Positions 35,321 through 43,604 of a stretch of DNA of 64,000 nt are shown one piece after another (position 1 is the stretch's first letter; each line of letters starts with the position of its first letter). A program made the translations under genes and the position numbers. A model generated the notes under the pieces. It was not told where the DNA came from. It saw nothing but the letters and a program-made list of their open reading frames with translations, and ran no database searches. This stretch comes from Burkholderiales bacterium (GTDB taxonomy: Bacteria; Pseudomonadota; Gammaproteobacteria; Burkholderiales; CAIKXV01): contig JBBRCD010000007.1 in the NCBI GenBank assembly GCA_038205245.1, positions 2,037 through 66,036 on the forward strand. Reading direction: 5' to 3'.

Positions 35321-36523
35321 TCACAGCTTGAGCTTGCCGAGGATGTCGTACACCGGCGACAGCACCGCCCACATGATCAGCAGCAGCGACATGCCGAGGA
35401 CGAAAATGAGCGCCGGCTCGAGCAGCTTCAGCCCGCGCTCGATCGATTCCCGTACATCGCGATTGTAGAAGTAGGTGACGTTGGCGAGTGCGGTGTCCAG
35501 GGCTCCGGTCGATTCGCCCACGCGCAGCATACGGATCACCAGTGGCGGAAACGTGCCCAGGTCCCGGAACGCCTCGGTCAGACTGACCCCGGAATTGATC
35601 TGGCTGGTCGCCCGCGCGATCGAATCGCCGATCGCCTTGTTGTCGACGATCGCCTCGCTGGTGCGCAGCGCTTCGAGGATGGTGATGCCAGAGCGGTAGA
35701 GCAGCGCGAACACGTTGGCAAAGCGCGCCATGATCACCTTCTGCAGCAAAGGACCGGTGATCGGGATACGCAGCTTGGCGTAATCCCACAGGTAAGCGGC
35801 GCGCTCGTTCGCCCGCACCAGCGACACCACGATCAGGCCGACCAGCAGCGGCCCGCCGACCACCAGGTACCAGTAGCTGCGCACGATCTCCGACACCCCG
35901 ATCATCATCCGGGTCTGGATCGGCAGCGCGACACCCATGGTGCGCAGCAGTCCAGTCACCTGCGGCACCAGATAGGTGAACAGGAAGGCCATCACTGCCA
36001 GAACCACCACCAGCACCACGGCGGGATAGACCAGCAGGCGCCGGGTCTGCGCCTGCAGTTCGTCCTGCATGCGCAGGGTGATGCCCAGGTTCTCCAGCAC
36101 TTCGGTCATCTGGCCCGACTGCTCTCCGGCACGGATCAGGCTCACGAATACGTTGTTGAAAATTGCCGGATGCTGGGCCAGGCACTGGGACAGCAGACGG
36201 CCGCCTTCCATGTCCTCGACCACCGAGGTCAGGATCTCGCGCAGCCGCCGGTTTTCCATGCCATCGCGCAGGTCGCGCAGGCCGTCGAGCATCGGTATGC
36301 CGGCCCGGCTGATCTGTTCCAGGTCGAAGCACAGGTTGATCACATCCTGGCGCTTGACCGAGCCCTGCGCCTGCCGGCTGCGCGGCTCGATCGCGCGAAA
36401 GTTGATCATGTCCAGACCCATGCGGCGCAGGCGCAGTTCCAGATCGACGTCGTTCATCGCGTCCAGGTTGCCGCGTGCCGAGCGGCCGGTGCGATCCATG
36501 GCTTTGTACTGGAAGGTCGGCAT
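35321..36523 (-). CDS. type II secretion / type IV pilus platform protein (GspF/PilC/MshG family)
   Basis: 400 aa. Duplicated GspF-type cytoplasmic domains separated by TM segments. C-terminus ...LLLIMWAVLSPVYDILGKL is typical of the family. Confidence 0.9.
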   Translation of the reverse strand: MPTFQYKAMDRTGRSARGNLDAMNDVDLELRLRRMGLDMINFRAIEPRSRQAQGSVKRQDVINLCFDLEQISRAGIPMLDGLRDLRDGMENRRLREILTSVVEDMEGGRLLSQCLAQHPAIFNNVFVSLIRAGEQSGQMTEVLENLGITLRMQDELQAQTRRLLVYPAVVLVVVLAVMAFLFTYLVPQVTGLLRTMGVALPIQTRMMIGVSEIVRSYWYLVVGGPLLVGLIVVSLVRANERAAYLWDYAKLRIPITGPLLQKVIMARFANVFALLYRSGITILEALRTSEAIVDNKAIGDSIARATSQINSGVSLTEAFRDLGTFPPLVIRMLRVGESTGALDTALANVTYFYNRDVRESIERGLKLLEPALIFVLGMSLLLIMWAVLSPVYDILGKLKL

Positions 36524-36556
36524 CGGTCAGCGTCCCGGTGATCCGCGCCAGTGCGA

Positions 36557-38251
36557 TCAGCTGTAGCGGCCGGTCAGGTCGACCGTGCGCGCCACTTCGA
36601 CCAGGCTGGTCGTGCCATCGACGACTCTGGCGAGCGCCTCGTCCGCAAGCGGGCGGAAGTCGCGTGCCATCGCCGTGGTGCGCAGCTCGCGCAAGGTTGC
36701 GCGGCGGGAAACCATCTCGTCTATCTCGCCGTCCATCACCAGGATCTCCATGATCGCGCTGCGTCCACGATAACCCTTGTCGTTGCAGTTGTCGCAGCCC
36801 ACCGGCCGATACAGCCGTTCCACCGGCTGGCCGATCAAGCGCAACTCCTCGGGCGTCGGTTTGTAGGCCTCCTTGCAATGCCGACAAAGCACCCTGACCA
36901 GGCGCTGTGCGATCACGCCGATGATGTTGCCCGCCATGATGTCCGGCGGAATACCGATGTCGAGCAGCCGCGGAAACGCCCCGAGCGCCGAGTTGGTATG
37001 CAGAGTGGTGAACACCTGGTGGCCGGTCATCGCTGCCCGGAACGCCATCTCGGCGGTCTCGTGGTCGCGGATCTCCCCGACCAGAATGATGTCCGGATCC
37101 TGGCGCATGATCGAGCGGATGCCGTTGGCGAACTCCATCTTCGCGCTCTCGTTGACCGAGGTCTGGCGCATCAGGGTCACCGGATACTCGACCGGATCCT
37201 CCAGGGTCATGATATTGACGGTTTCGTCGTTTACCTGGGACAGCAGGGAATAGAGGGTCGTCGTCTTGCCGCTGCCGGTCGGCCCGGTGACGATCAGGAT
37301 GCCTTCCGGGCGCGCCAGCATCAGCAGCAGTTTCTCGCGCTGCCGCGCGGCAAGGTTCATCCGGTCCAGGCTGATGATCGATTTCTCGCGGTCGAGCACA
37401 CGCAGCACGATGTTCTCGCCATGAATCGTCGGCTGGGTCGACACGCGAAAATCGATCGGCCGCCCGGACAGGTTCATCGACACCCGGCCGTCCTGCGGCG
37501 CGCGCGTCTCGGCGATGTTCATCCCGCTCATCACCTTCAGACGCACCGCGACGCCAGGCCAGTAGGTCTTGTGCAGGCTGCGGATGGTCTCCAGCACGCC
37601 ATCGATCCGGTAGCGGATGCGCAGGAACGCAGATTCGGGTTCGAAGTGGATGTCCGAGGCGCCGCGCTTGACCGCATCGACCAGCAACGCGCCCACCAGG
37701 CGAACCACCGGTTGGGTGTACTCACCCTCGGCCGCCTGCAGGCTCTGATAGTCGATCTCGCCGGTCTCGATCTCTTCCAGGATGCCGTCCACCGACAGTT
37801 CGAAACCGTAGAACTTGTCGATCGACTCCTCGATCTGCGCCTCGGTCGCAAGCAGGGTTCGCAGCTCGACCCGACCGCCGAGGTTCGCCCTCAGCTGGTC
37901 CAGCACCACCACCTTGAACACGTCGGTCGTTGCCAGGGTCAGCAGCCGGGTCTCGTCGTTGAAAGCGATCGGCAACACTCGGTTGCGCCGGGCGAACTCT
38001 TCGGGCACCAGCTTGAGCGCATCGCCGTCCACCACCACCTGCGCCAGATCGATGCTCTCCTGCCCGATGGTGCGGGCCATCACGTCCCGGATCACGTCTT
38101 CCGAGACGAACCCGAGCTGGACCAGAAGCCGGCCGATCGGCACGTTCTGCCGCTTCTGCTCGGTCAGCACGATACGCAGCTGGTCGAGCGACAGCAGTCC
38201 CTGCTGTACCAGCAGCTCGCCAAGACGCAGCTTCTTGCGTTGTTCGGCCAC
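36557..38251 (-). CDS. GspE/MshE-family secretion ATPase with N-terminal MshEN-type domain
   Basis: 564 aa. Walker A GPTGSGKTTTLYS, Asp box, Walker B ILVGEIRD, His box TGHQVFTTLHTN, tetracysteine CRHC...CDNC. The N-terminus fits the 24-residue MshEN motif. Confidence 0.93.
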   Translation of the reverse strand: MAEQRKKLRLGELLVQQGLLSLDQLRIVLTEQKRQNVPIGRLLVQLGFVSEDVIRDVMARTIGQESIDLAQVVVDGDALKLVPEEFARRNRVLPIAFNDETRLLTLATTDVFKVVVLDQLRANLGGRVELRTLLATEAQIEESIDKFYGFELSVDGILEEIETGEIDYQSLQAAEGEYTQPVVRLVGALLVDAVKRGASDIHFEPESAFLRIRYRIDGVLETIRSLHKTYWPGVAVRLKVMSGMNIAETRAPQDGRVSMNLSGRPIDFRVSTQPTIHGENIVLRVLDREKSIISLDRMNLAARQREKLLLMLARPEGILIVTGPTGSGKTTTLYSLLSQVNDETVNIMTLEDPVEYPVTLMRQTSVNESAKMEFANGIRSIMRQDPDIILVGEIRDHETAEMAFRAAMTGHQVFTTLHTNSALGAFPRLLDIGIPPDIMAGNIIGVIAQRLVRVLCRHCKEAYKPTPEELRLIGQPVERLYRPVGCDNCNDKGYRGRSAIMEILVMDGEIDEMVSRRATLRELRTTAMARDFRPLADEALARVVDGTTSLVEVARTVDLTGRYS

Positions 38252-38253
38252 GA

Positions 38254-39915
38254 TCAGGGCGCGTCCCTGCCGGCTTCCAGCAGTGAAATCCGTTTGCGGG
38301 CAGCGGCCAGATCGAAGCTGCTGCGCGACCCTGCATCGGCCAGCTTCACTGCAACGCGCAGATAGTTGAGCGCCAGCCGGGGCTGCGCGATGCGTTCCAG
38401 GCCGACAGCGAGGTTGAATGCATAGTCTGCATTGTTCGGCTGCAGGTGGTGCGCCTGGAAGAACGCCTGCTGAGCAAGCGGCCAGCGGTTCTGGTCGGCA
38501 TACAGATTGCCCAGGGTGAAGAAAAGCAGGGCCGACGGATCGCGGGTTATCAGTTGCTTGAGCTGGGATTCTGCAGCGCCGGGATCCGCGCGCCCGATCA
38601 GCCCGATCAGCGAGGCCTGCGCATGGGTGTTGCGTGGCTCGACCTCGAGCACCCGGAAGTACAGCCCGGTGGCTGCTTCGTTCCTGTTGCCAAGTTGCGC
38701 GAGTGCGGCCAGTCCGAACAGGGCATCGACATTGCGCGGATCCGCATCGGCCAGTTGCTGGTAGAGCCGCTGGGCTGCATCCAGCCGTCCGGATTGCAGA
38801 TGCTCATACGCTTCGGTGAGTATCGGGTTGACTGGCGTGGTGGTGGTGCCGCGCGTGATGCGGATGCCCGGACCTGCGGCCGGGTCGTCCCCGGTCGACG
38901 GGGCTGCGCTGCGGGGGCGCGCCGGTGGTGCGGCGCTGGCGGTCGCGGTTGTCGCCCGGGCTGGCGGCGCTGGCAGGGCGGGTGCTGCGGCTTGCATCGG
39001 CGTGTCCGCGCCGGCGATCGAACCGGACGCCGCGCCGGGTACGCCTGGCACGCCTGGCACAGCCGCACTGGCTTGCCCGGTCTGCGGATTGAGCAGCGGC
39101 GAGGATGCGAGCGCACTCGGCACACCCGGGGGGGTGTCGGTTGCTGGCGGTGCGGGCTGACCGGCGCTGGCCGAAGGCGCTGCGGGCACACCGGTAATCT
39201 GGGCCGGAGCTGGTGGGGAAACCGGTCCGCGGGTGGCCGGCGGCGGCACTGCCGAAACCGGCGAGGTCAAGAGCGGTCGCGAGAAACCGCGAGTGAACAA
39301 TCCCGGGTACTCGATCTGGAGGTAGAAATAGCCGCCCAGAAGCAGGCCGGCGAAAAGACCGGAGCCGACGATCCACTGCACTCGGGATACCCGATCCAGC
39401 CAGCCAGCACGCGTAGACCCGCTGCCGGCCGAGAGCACCGCGCCGGCCAGTTGAGGCGAGGCCGGCGCGCCTGCGCTGGTGCGTCTGCCGGCGGCGCTCG
39501 ATCGCCCCGGAGCGACGTCTGGCGCGTCATCGAACTGCAGGTCGTCGGGCAACGCAGCAGGGTTGTTCCGGTGGCGGGCGGGACTGCCCTGTATCCGGCC
39601 ACGGCCATGCTCTTGTCCGCCAGTGGCACTTGCAGGCGCGGCGCGTGCCGGGTCGGGCGTGGCCGCCTCTGTCGCCGATCGGCCGGCGGCAACGCCGGGA
39701 GCCGGTGCCTGCGGCGCGCGCGGTCGCAGCGCAGGTTCGCCCGCCAGCGGCTCCAGGCTGAGCTCACCAAGTGCGGGGGCCGACGGTGGCAGAGGCGGCC
39801 GCGACCGCGACTGCCCCGATGCCGGACTGGCCGCCGACTCTGGTTCAGGCTCACCTGCCGGCTTCTCGCCGCGATTCTGTGCGGCCTGCTGCAAGGCCTT
39901 CATCAACAGGCTCAT
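38254..39915 (-). CDS. bitopic TPR-repeat protein (MshN-like)
   Basis: 553 aa. N-terminus MSLLMKALQQA, one TM segment (WIVGSGLFAGLLLGGYFYL), a long Pro/Ala-rich linker and C-terminal TPR repeats. Confidence 0.7.
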   Translation of the reverse strand: MSLLMKALQQAAQNRGEKPAGEPEPESAASPASGQSRSRPPLPPSAPALGELSLEPLAGEPALRPRAPQAPAPGVAAGRSATEAATPDPARAAPASATGGQEHGRGRIQGSPARHRNNPAALPDDLQFDDAPDVAPGRSSAAGRRTSAGAPASPQLAGAVLSAGSGSTRAGWLDRVSRVQWIVGSGLFAGLLLGGYFYLQIEYPGLFTRGFSRPLLTSPVSAVPPPATRGPVSPPAPAQITGVPAAPSASAGQPAPPATDTPPGVPSALASSPLLNPQTGQASAAVPGVPGVPGAASGSIAGADTPMQAAAPALPAPPARATTATASAAPPARPRSAAPSTGDDPAAGPGIRITRGTTTTPVNPILTEAYEHLQSGRLDAAQRLYQQLADADPRNVDALFGLAALAQLGNRNEAATGLYFRVLEVEPRNTHAQASLIGLIGRADPGAAESQLKQLITRDPSALLFFTLGNLYADQNRWPLAQQAFFQAHHLQPNNADYAFNLAVGLERIAQPRLALNYLRVAVKLADAGSRSSFDLAAARKRISLLEAGRDAP

Positions 39916-39933
39916 GGCGAGTGGCGCTCGATC

Positions 39934-41778
39934 TCAGTTTGCCGGTACAGCCCGCGCGCTGGCCGAGGGCGCACGGTCCTGCACGGCTTCGCCCTGCTGC
40001 GGCAGGAAGCGCTGGAAGAAGTTGAGCTCATCGCTCTGCAGCGACGGATTGGTGATCACCGTGGGCCGGATGAAGATTACCAGCTCGGTCTTGGTCGCCC
40101 GCTCGTTACGGAAGCTGAACAGGTCGCCGATGCCGGGTTGGCGTGACAGCCAGGGTACGCCGTCTCGGTTGCGCAACACATCATCCTGCATCAGTCCGCC
40201 CAGGATGACCGTCTGCCCGCTCGCCACCTGCAGTACCGACTCCAGCTCCCGGGTCTGGATCACCGGTACCAGGTTCTCTATCGGTTTGGGGCCCACGCGC
40301 AGGCTCGGGTTGGGGTCGGCTACCGTGCCGGTGACCCGGGTGATGGTCGGTCGCACGGTGAGCGTCACCTGGCCGCTCTCGTTGATCTGCGGGGTGACCG
40401 CGAGCACCACACCGACCGGCACCGTCTGCGCGGTGGTGTTGAACACGGTCGGCTGGATCGTGCCCCCGGTCGTCACCGCGCCCTGCTGTGCCTCGACCTG
40501 AAAGTAGACGAAGTTGTCGGTCACTCGCAACACCGAGGTCTGGTTGTTCAGTGCCATGATCTTCGGACTGGACAGCACCTGGGTCTGCCCGAACTGCTGC
40601 AGCAGGGTGATCGAGGAGACGATATTGCCCGACGACGAGGTGTAGCCGATGGTGAGTGACGGCGAGGCGACAGTCCCGGGTGTCTGCCGGATGGTCACGC
40701 CGCCAAAGCCGCCCAGCCGGCTCCAGTCCACCCCGGCCTGATAGGCGTCGTTTAGCCGCACCTCGGCGATGGTTGCCTCGATCAGCACCTGCCGGCTGAC
40801 TGCCGCGGTCACCCCGTCGAGATACTGCTGAATCAGCTGGTGCTGGCGCTCGGTGGCGAGCACGTTGACCGTCCCGGCAATCGGATTGACCACGACGCTG
40901 TCGCGCACGTCGTTGGCGATCAGCGCCTGTGTGACCGGCTGACCGAACACGGTGTTGAACAACTGGGTGGATGCGGCGCCGGCCCGGCTGACCGCTTCTG
41001 CCTGGGCGAGCCGCTCTTCGCGCACCTGGCGCGCCTGTTCCGTGCGCTGGGCACGGTCTTCCGCCGTCTGGGATTGCGCGCGCGAGGCACTCAGGAGGGC
41101 GCGCAGGTTGGCACCCAGGGTCTCCCAGAAATTGGTCTGCGAGGTCGTGCGTACCAGCGTGGCCGAGGCGTTCACCGCGGCGCCGGCCCCGCCCAGCCCG
41201 CCCGCTGCGCCGCCCGCCGCACCACCGGGCGCGCCGCCGGCGCCGGACGTGCCCTGCCCACCGATCTGGCCTGAAGCGCCGATGGTTGCGGTGGTGTCGC
41301 GCTGCATGTTTACGTAGTTCACGCGGTACACCTTGAAGAACGCTGTGTCCGGCTGCACGATGATGGTCGAGCCTTCGGTGCGCACCCGCATGTCGATCTG
41401 GCGGGCGATGCGCTCCAGCAGGGCCGGCAGCGTCTCGTTGATCGCGTTCATAGTCACCCGCCCGGTGAGGCCGGGGTGGATGTCGATGTTCTGCCGGGTG
41501 TCCCGGGCCAGGGCGAGAAGCAGTTCGCGCACTGGCACGTCGCTGACCACCACACTGTACGTGGCCACCTTCTCCGCGGCTTTCGGCGGCGGCACCAGGG
41601 CCGACACCCGCACCGGCGGCGGCACCACGCTTGGCGGGATGACCTCACGCTCGATGCTCAGATGTCCTTCCGAACGGGGTATCTCCGGGCGCACCTTGAA
41701 CGGCGTGCAGCCAGAAAGCAGCAGTACTGCGACCAGGCCCGTGACCGCATTTCGCTGAAGTATCCGGTGCGTATTCAT
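39934..41778 (-). CDS. secretin (MshL/GspD family), lipoprotein type
   Basis: 614 aa from ATG 41778 (SD AGAGGAA). Lipobox LLLSGC. Secretin motifs VLSSPKIMALNNQTSVLRV, TRELESVLQVASGQTVILGGLMQD and GVPWLSRQPGIGDLF. Confidence 0.93.
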   Translation of the reverse strand: MNTHRILQRNAVTGLVAVLLLSGCTPFKVRPEIPRSEGHLSIEREVIPPSVVPPPVRVSALVPPPKAAEKVATYSVVVSDVPVRELLLALARDTRQNIDIHPGLTGRVTMNAINETLPALLERIARQIDMRVRTEGSTIIVQPDTAFFKVYRVNYVNMQRDTTATIGASGQIGGQGTSGAGGAPGGAAGGAAGGLGGAGAAVNASATLVRTTSQTNFWETLGANLRALLSASRAQSQTAEDRAQRTEQARQVREERLAQAEAVSRAGAASTQLFNTVFGQPVTQALIANDVRDSVVVNPIAGTVNVLATERQHQLIQQYLDGVTAAVSRQVLIEATIAEVRLNDAYQAGVDWSRLGGFGGVTIRQTPGTVASPSLTIGYTSSSGNIVSSITLLQQFGQTQVLSSPKIMALNNQTSVLRVTDNFVYFQVEAQQGAVTTGGTIQPTVFNTTAQTVPVGVVLAVTPQINESGQVTLTVRPTITRVTGTVADPNPSLRVGPKPIENLVPVIQTRELESVLQVASGQTVILGGLMQDDVLRNRDGVPWLSRQPGIGDLFSFRNERATKTELVIFIRPTVITNPSLQSDELNFFQRFLPQQGEAVQDRAPSASARAVPAN

Positions 41779-41861
41779 CGGCGATTCCTCTTGGGCAGGG
41801 GTGACTACCAGGTTGCCGCCGCAGGCCGGCCTCGAGTCCGGTGCCCGGCCACTGGCCGTTT

Positions 41862-41897
41862 GCTGGCAGATTAGCTGGCAGATTAGCTGGCAGATTC
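41862..41897. repeat. 12-bp tandem repeat GCTGGCAGATT(A/C) x3
   Basis: Read directly, inside the 247-bp gap upstream of the secretin gene. Confidence 0.95.
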
Positions 41898-42025
41898 GCA
41901 AGCGGCCTCCCGGGCAGACCCGCACCCAAACCCGCACGCAGATGCGCGGGCAGTCATCCGAGGATCAAGGCTACATCGGATATCAATAGTTTTCAATGGT
42001 TTGCTTCGATTTGTTCGAATCGTTC

Positions 42026-43573
42026 TCAACTTCCTGCCGCGGCGATCTCGGCACGCACCCCCTGTACGGTGCGCAGGTGGGGCGAGAATCCGCGAATCGA
42101 CTCGGGCAGGGCGGCCAACGCCGCACTCGCTTCGGCCCGGTTGGGGAAGCTGCCGTAGAGCACGGTCATCGATGGTCGCTCGCCAGCCTGGGTGCGGATG
42201 ACGAACAGTTGCCCGGCGTCCAGCTGGCGGGAAAGCCGGCGCAGTTGCCGGTCGAGTTCGAGCGCGCTGCGCGAGCCCATGATCTGGATGCTTATCGTCC
42301 CGGGCGGGGCACTGCCGAGCCACGCGCGGGTGGCCACGATGCGGGCCTCGAGCAGCGTGCCTTCCACGGGTGCGCCCTGGGCCTGCCCCGAGCCTGCGCC
42401 GCTGGCCAAGCTCGCCACGGCCGTTGGGCCCGGGATGGCGGCCTCAGCCACCGCTGGCGCTGCTGGCGGCGGTGGCGGGGGTGCCGGAGCAGCGGGCAGT
42501 GCCGCCGGCAGCACCACTGCCGGGTCGGCCCCCGCCTCGGTCTTGTCCGCGCTTGCCGGCGTAACGGGCACCGGCACGGGCGGCGGCACCCCCGGCGGCA
42601 CTTCTGGCGCCGCAACGGTCCGGCCTGCGGTCAGACCCGCTTCGGCCGGCGCGCTCGGGCCTGCCGGACCCGCCCGGAGCCAGACCGCAGCGATCAGCAG
42701 CGCCGCGACGGCGAGGCTGCCGGCCGCGACCGGCCAGCGCCAGCGTGCGGCAAGCGAACTGTTTTGCGCGAACTCGCTATCCCGGATTGCGGCGCGCACA
42801 TGCCGTGGGGCCACCGCATGGGTGCTCTCGGAAAAGGCTGCCAGCAGGGTTTTGTCGCCCAGCAGGTTGACCCGCCGGGTGAGACCGGCCGAGGCCTGGG
42901 CGATCTGGCTGACCACGCGGGCTCCGAACACGTCCGGCCCCTTGAAGCCGGCGGCGCGCAGCCGGAAGTTCAGGTAAAGACCGATATCCGCGGCAGACAG
43001 GGGGGCCAGGGTGAAGCTATGGGTGATGCGCTCGCGGAACTGCCGGATCTCGGGTTTTCGCAGCAGCGTGTCCAGTTCGGGTTGCCCGAACAGCACGATC
43101 TGCAGCAGCTTGTGGCGGTCAGTCTCGAGGTTCGACAGCAGCCGGATCTCTTCCAGCGTGCCGATCGGCATTCCCTGGGACTCCTCGACGAACAGCACGA
43201 CCTGGTGGTTCTGCGCGTGGCAGTCGAGCAGAAAGGCGGTGATCCGCTGCATCGCTTCCAGCCGGCCGGCGCCCGGCGGCAGGTCGAGTTCCAGCTCATG
43301 CGCGACCGCATGCAGAATCTCGTCCGGGGACACACTCGGATTGGCCAGATAGACACCCAGTACTTCCGGCGGCAGCTGCGCCTGCAACATCCGGCAGAGC
43401 ATGGTCTTGCCGCTGCCGACCTCGCCGGTGACCTTGACGATGCCCTCGCCCTGGCTGATCGCGTAGAGCAGGGCGTCCAGGATCGCGCCGCGGTTGCCGC
43501 CGCCGAAGAAGAACTCGGTGTTCGGGGTGATCCGGAACGGCGCCTCGCGCAGGCCGAAGAAGTCGTGGTACAT
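42026..43573 (-). CDS. ExeA/GspA/MshM-like AAA+ ATPase with TM segment and SPOR-like C-terminal domain
   Basis: 515 aa. N-terminus MYHDFFGLREAPF. Walker A GEVGSGKTMLC. TM segment (VAAGSLAVAALLIAAVWL). Pro-rich linker. C-terminal ~85 aa follow the pattern of DamX-type SPOR domains. Confidence 0.85.
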   Translation of the reverse strand: MYHDFFGLREAPFRITPNTEFFFGGGNRGAILDALLYAISQGEGIVKVTGEVGSGKTMLCRMLQAQLPPEVLGVYLANPSVSPDEILHAVAHELELDLPPGAGRLEAMQRITAFLLDCHAQNHQVVLFVEESQGMPIGTLEEIRLLSNLETDRHKLLQIVLFGQPELDTLLRKPEIRQFRERITHSFTLAPLSAADIGLYLNFRLRAAGFKGPDVFGARVVSQIAQASAGLTRRVNLLGDKTLLAAFSESTHAVAPRHVRAAIRDSEFAQNSSLAARWRWPVAAGSLAVAALLIAAVWLRAGPAGPSAPAEAGLTAGRTVAAPEVPPGVPPPVPVPVTPASADKTEAGADPAVVLPAALPAAPAPPPPPPAAPAVAEAAIPGPTAVASLASGAGSGQAQGAPVEGTLLEARIVATRAWLGSAPPGTISIQIMGSRSALELDRQLRRLSRQLDAGQLFVIRTQAGERPSMTVLYGSFPNRAEASAALAALPESIRGFSPHLRTVQGVRAEIAAAGS

Positions 43574-43604
43574 CAGGGGCCTCGCCGCCTGGCGCGCACA
43601 CTGC

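Noticed and set aside
41862-41897. The TGGCA-containing 12-bp repeats upstream of the secretin gene considered as a sigma54 promoter. Other TGGCAC hits at 9131, 17180, 41531 and 60950 were also considered.
   Set aside because: GG-to-GC spacing is wrong, or the -12 TTGC is absent. The elements are on the strand opposite to the downstream genes or lie inside coding regions.
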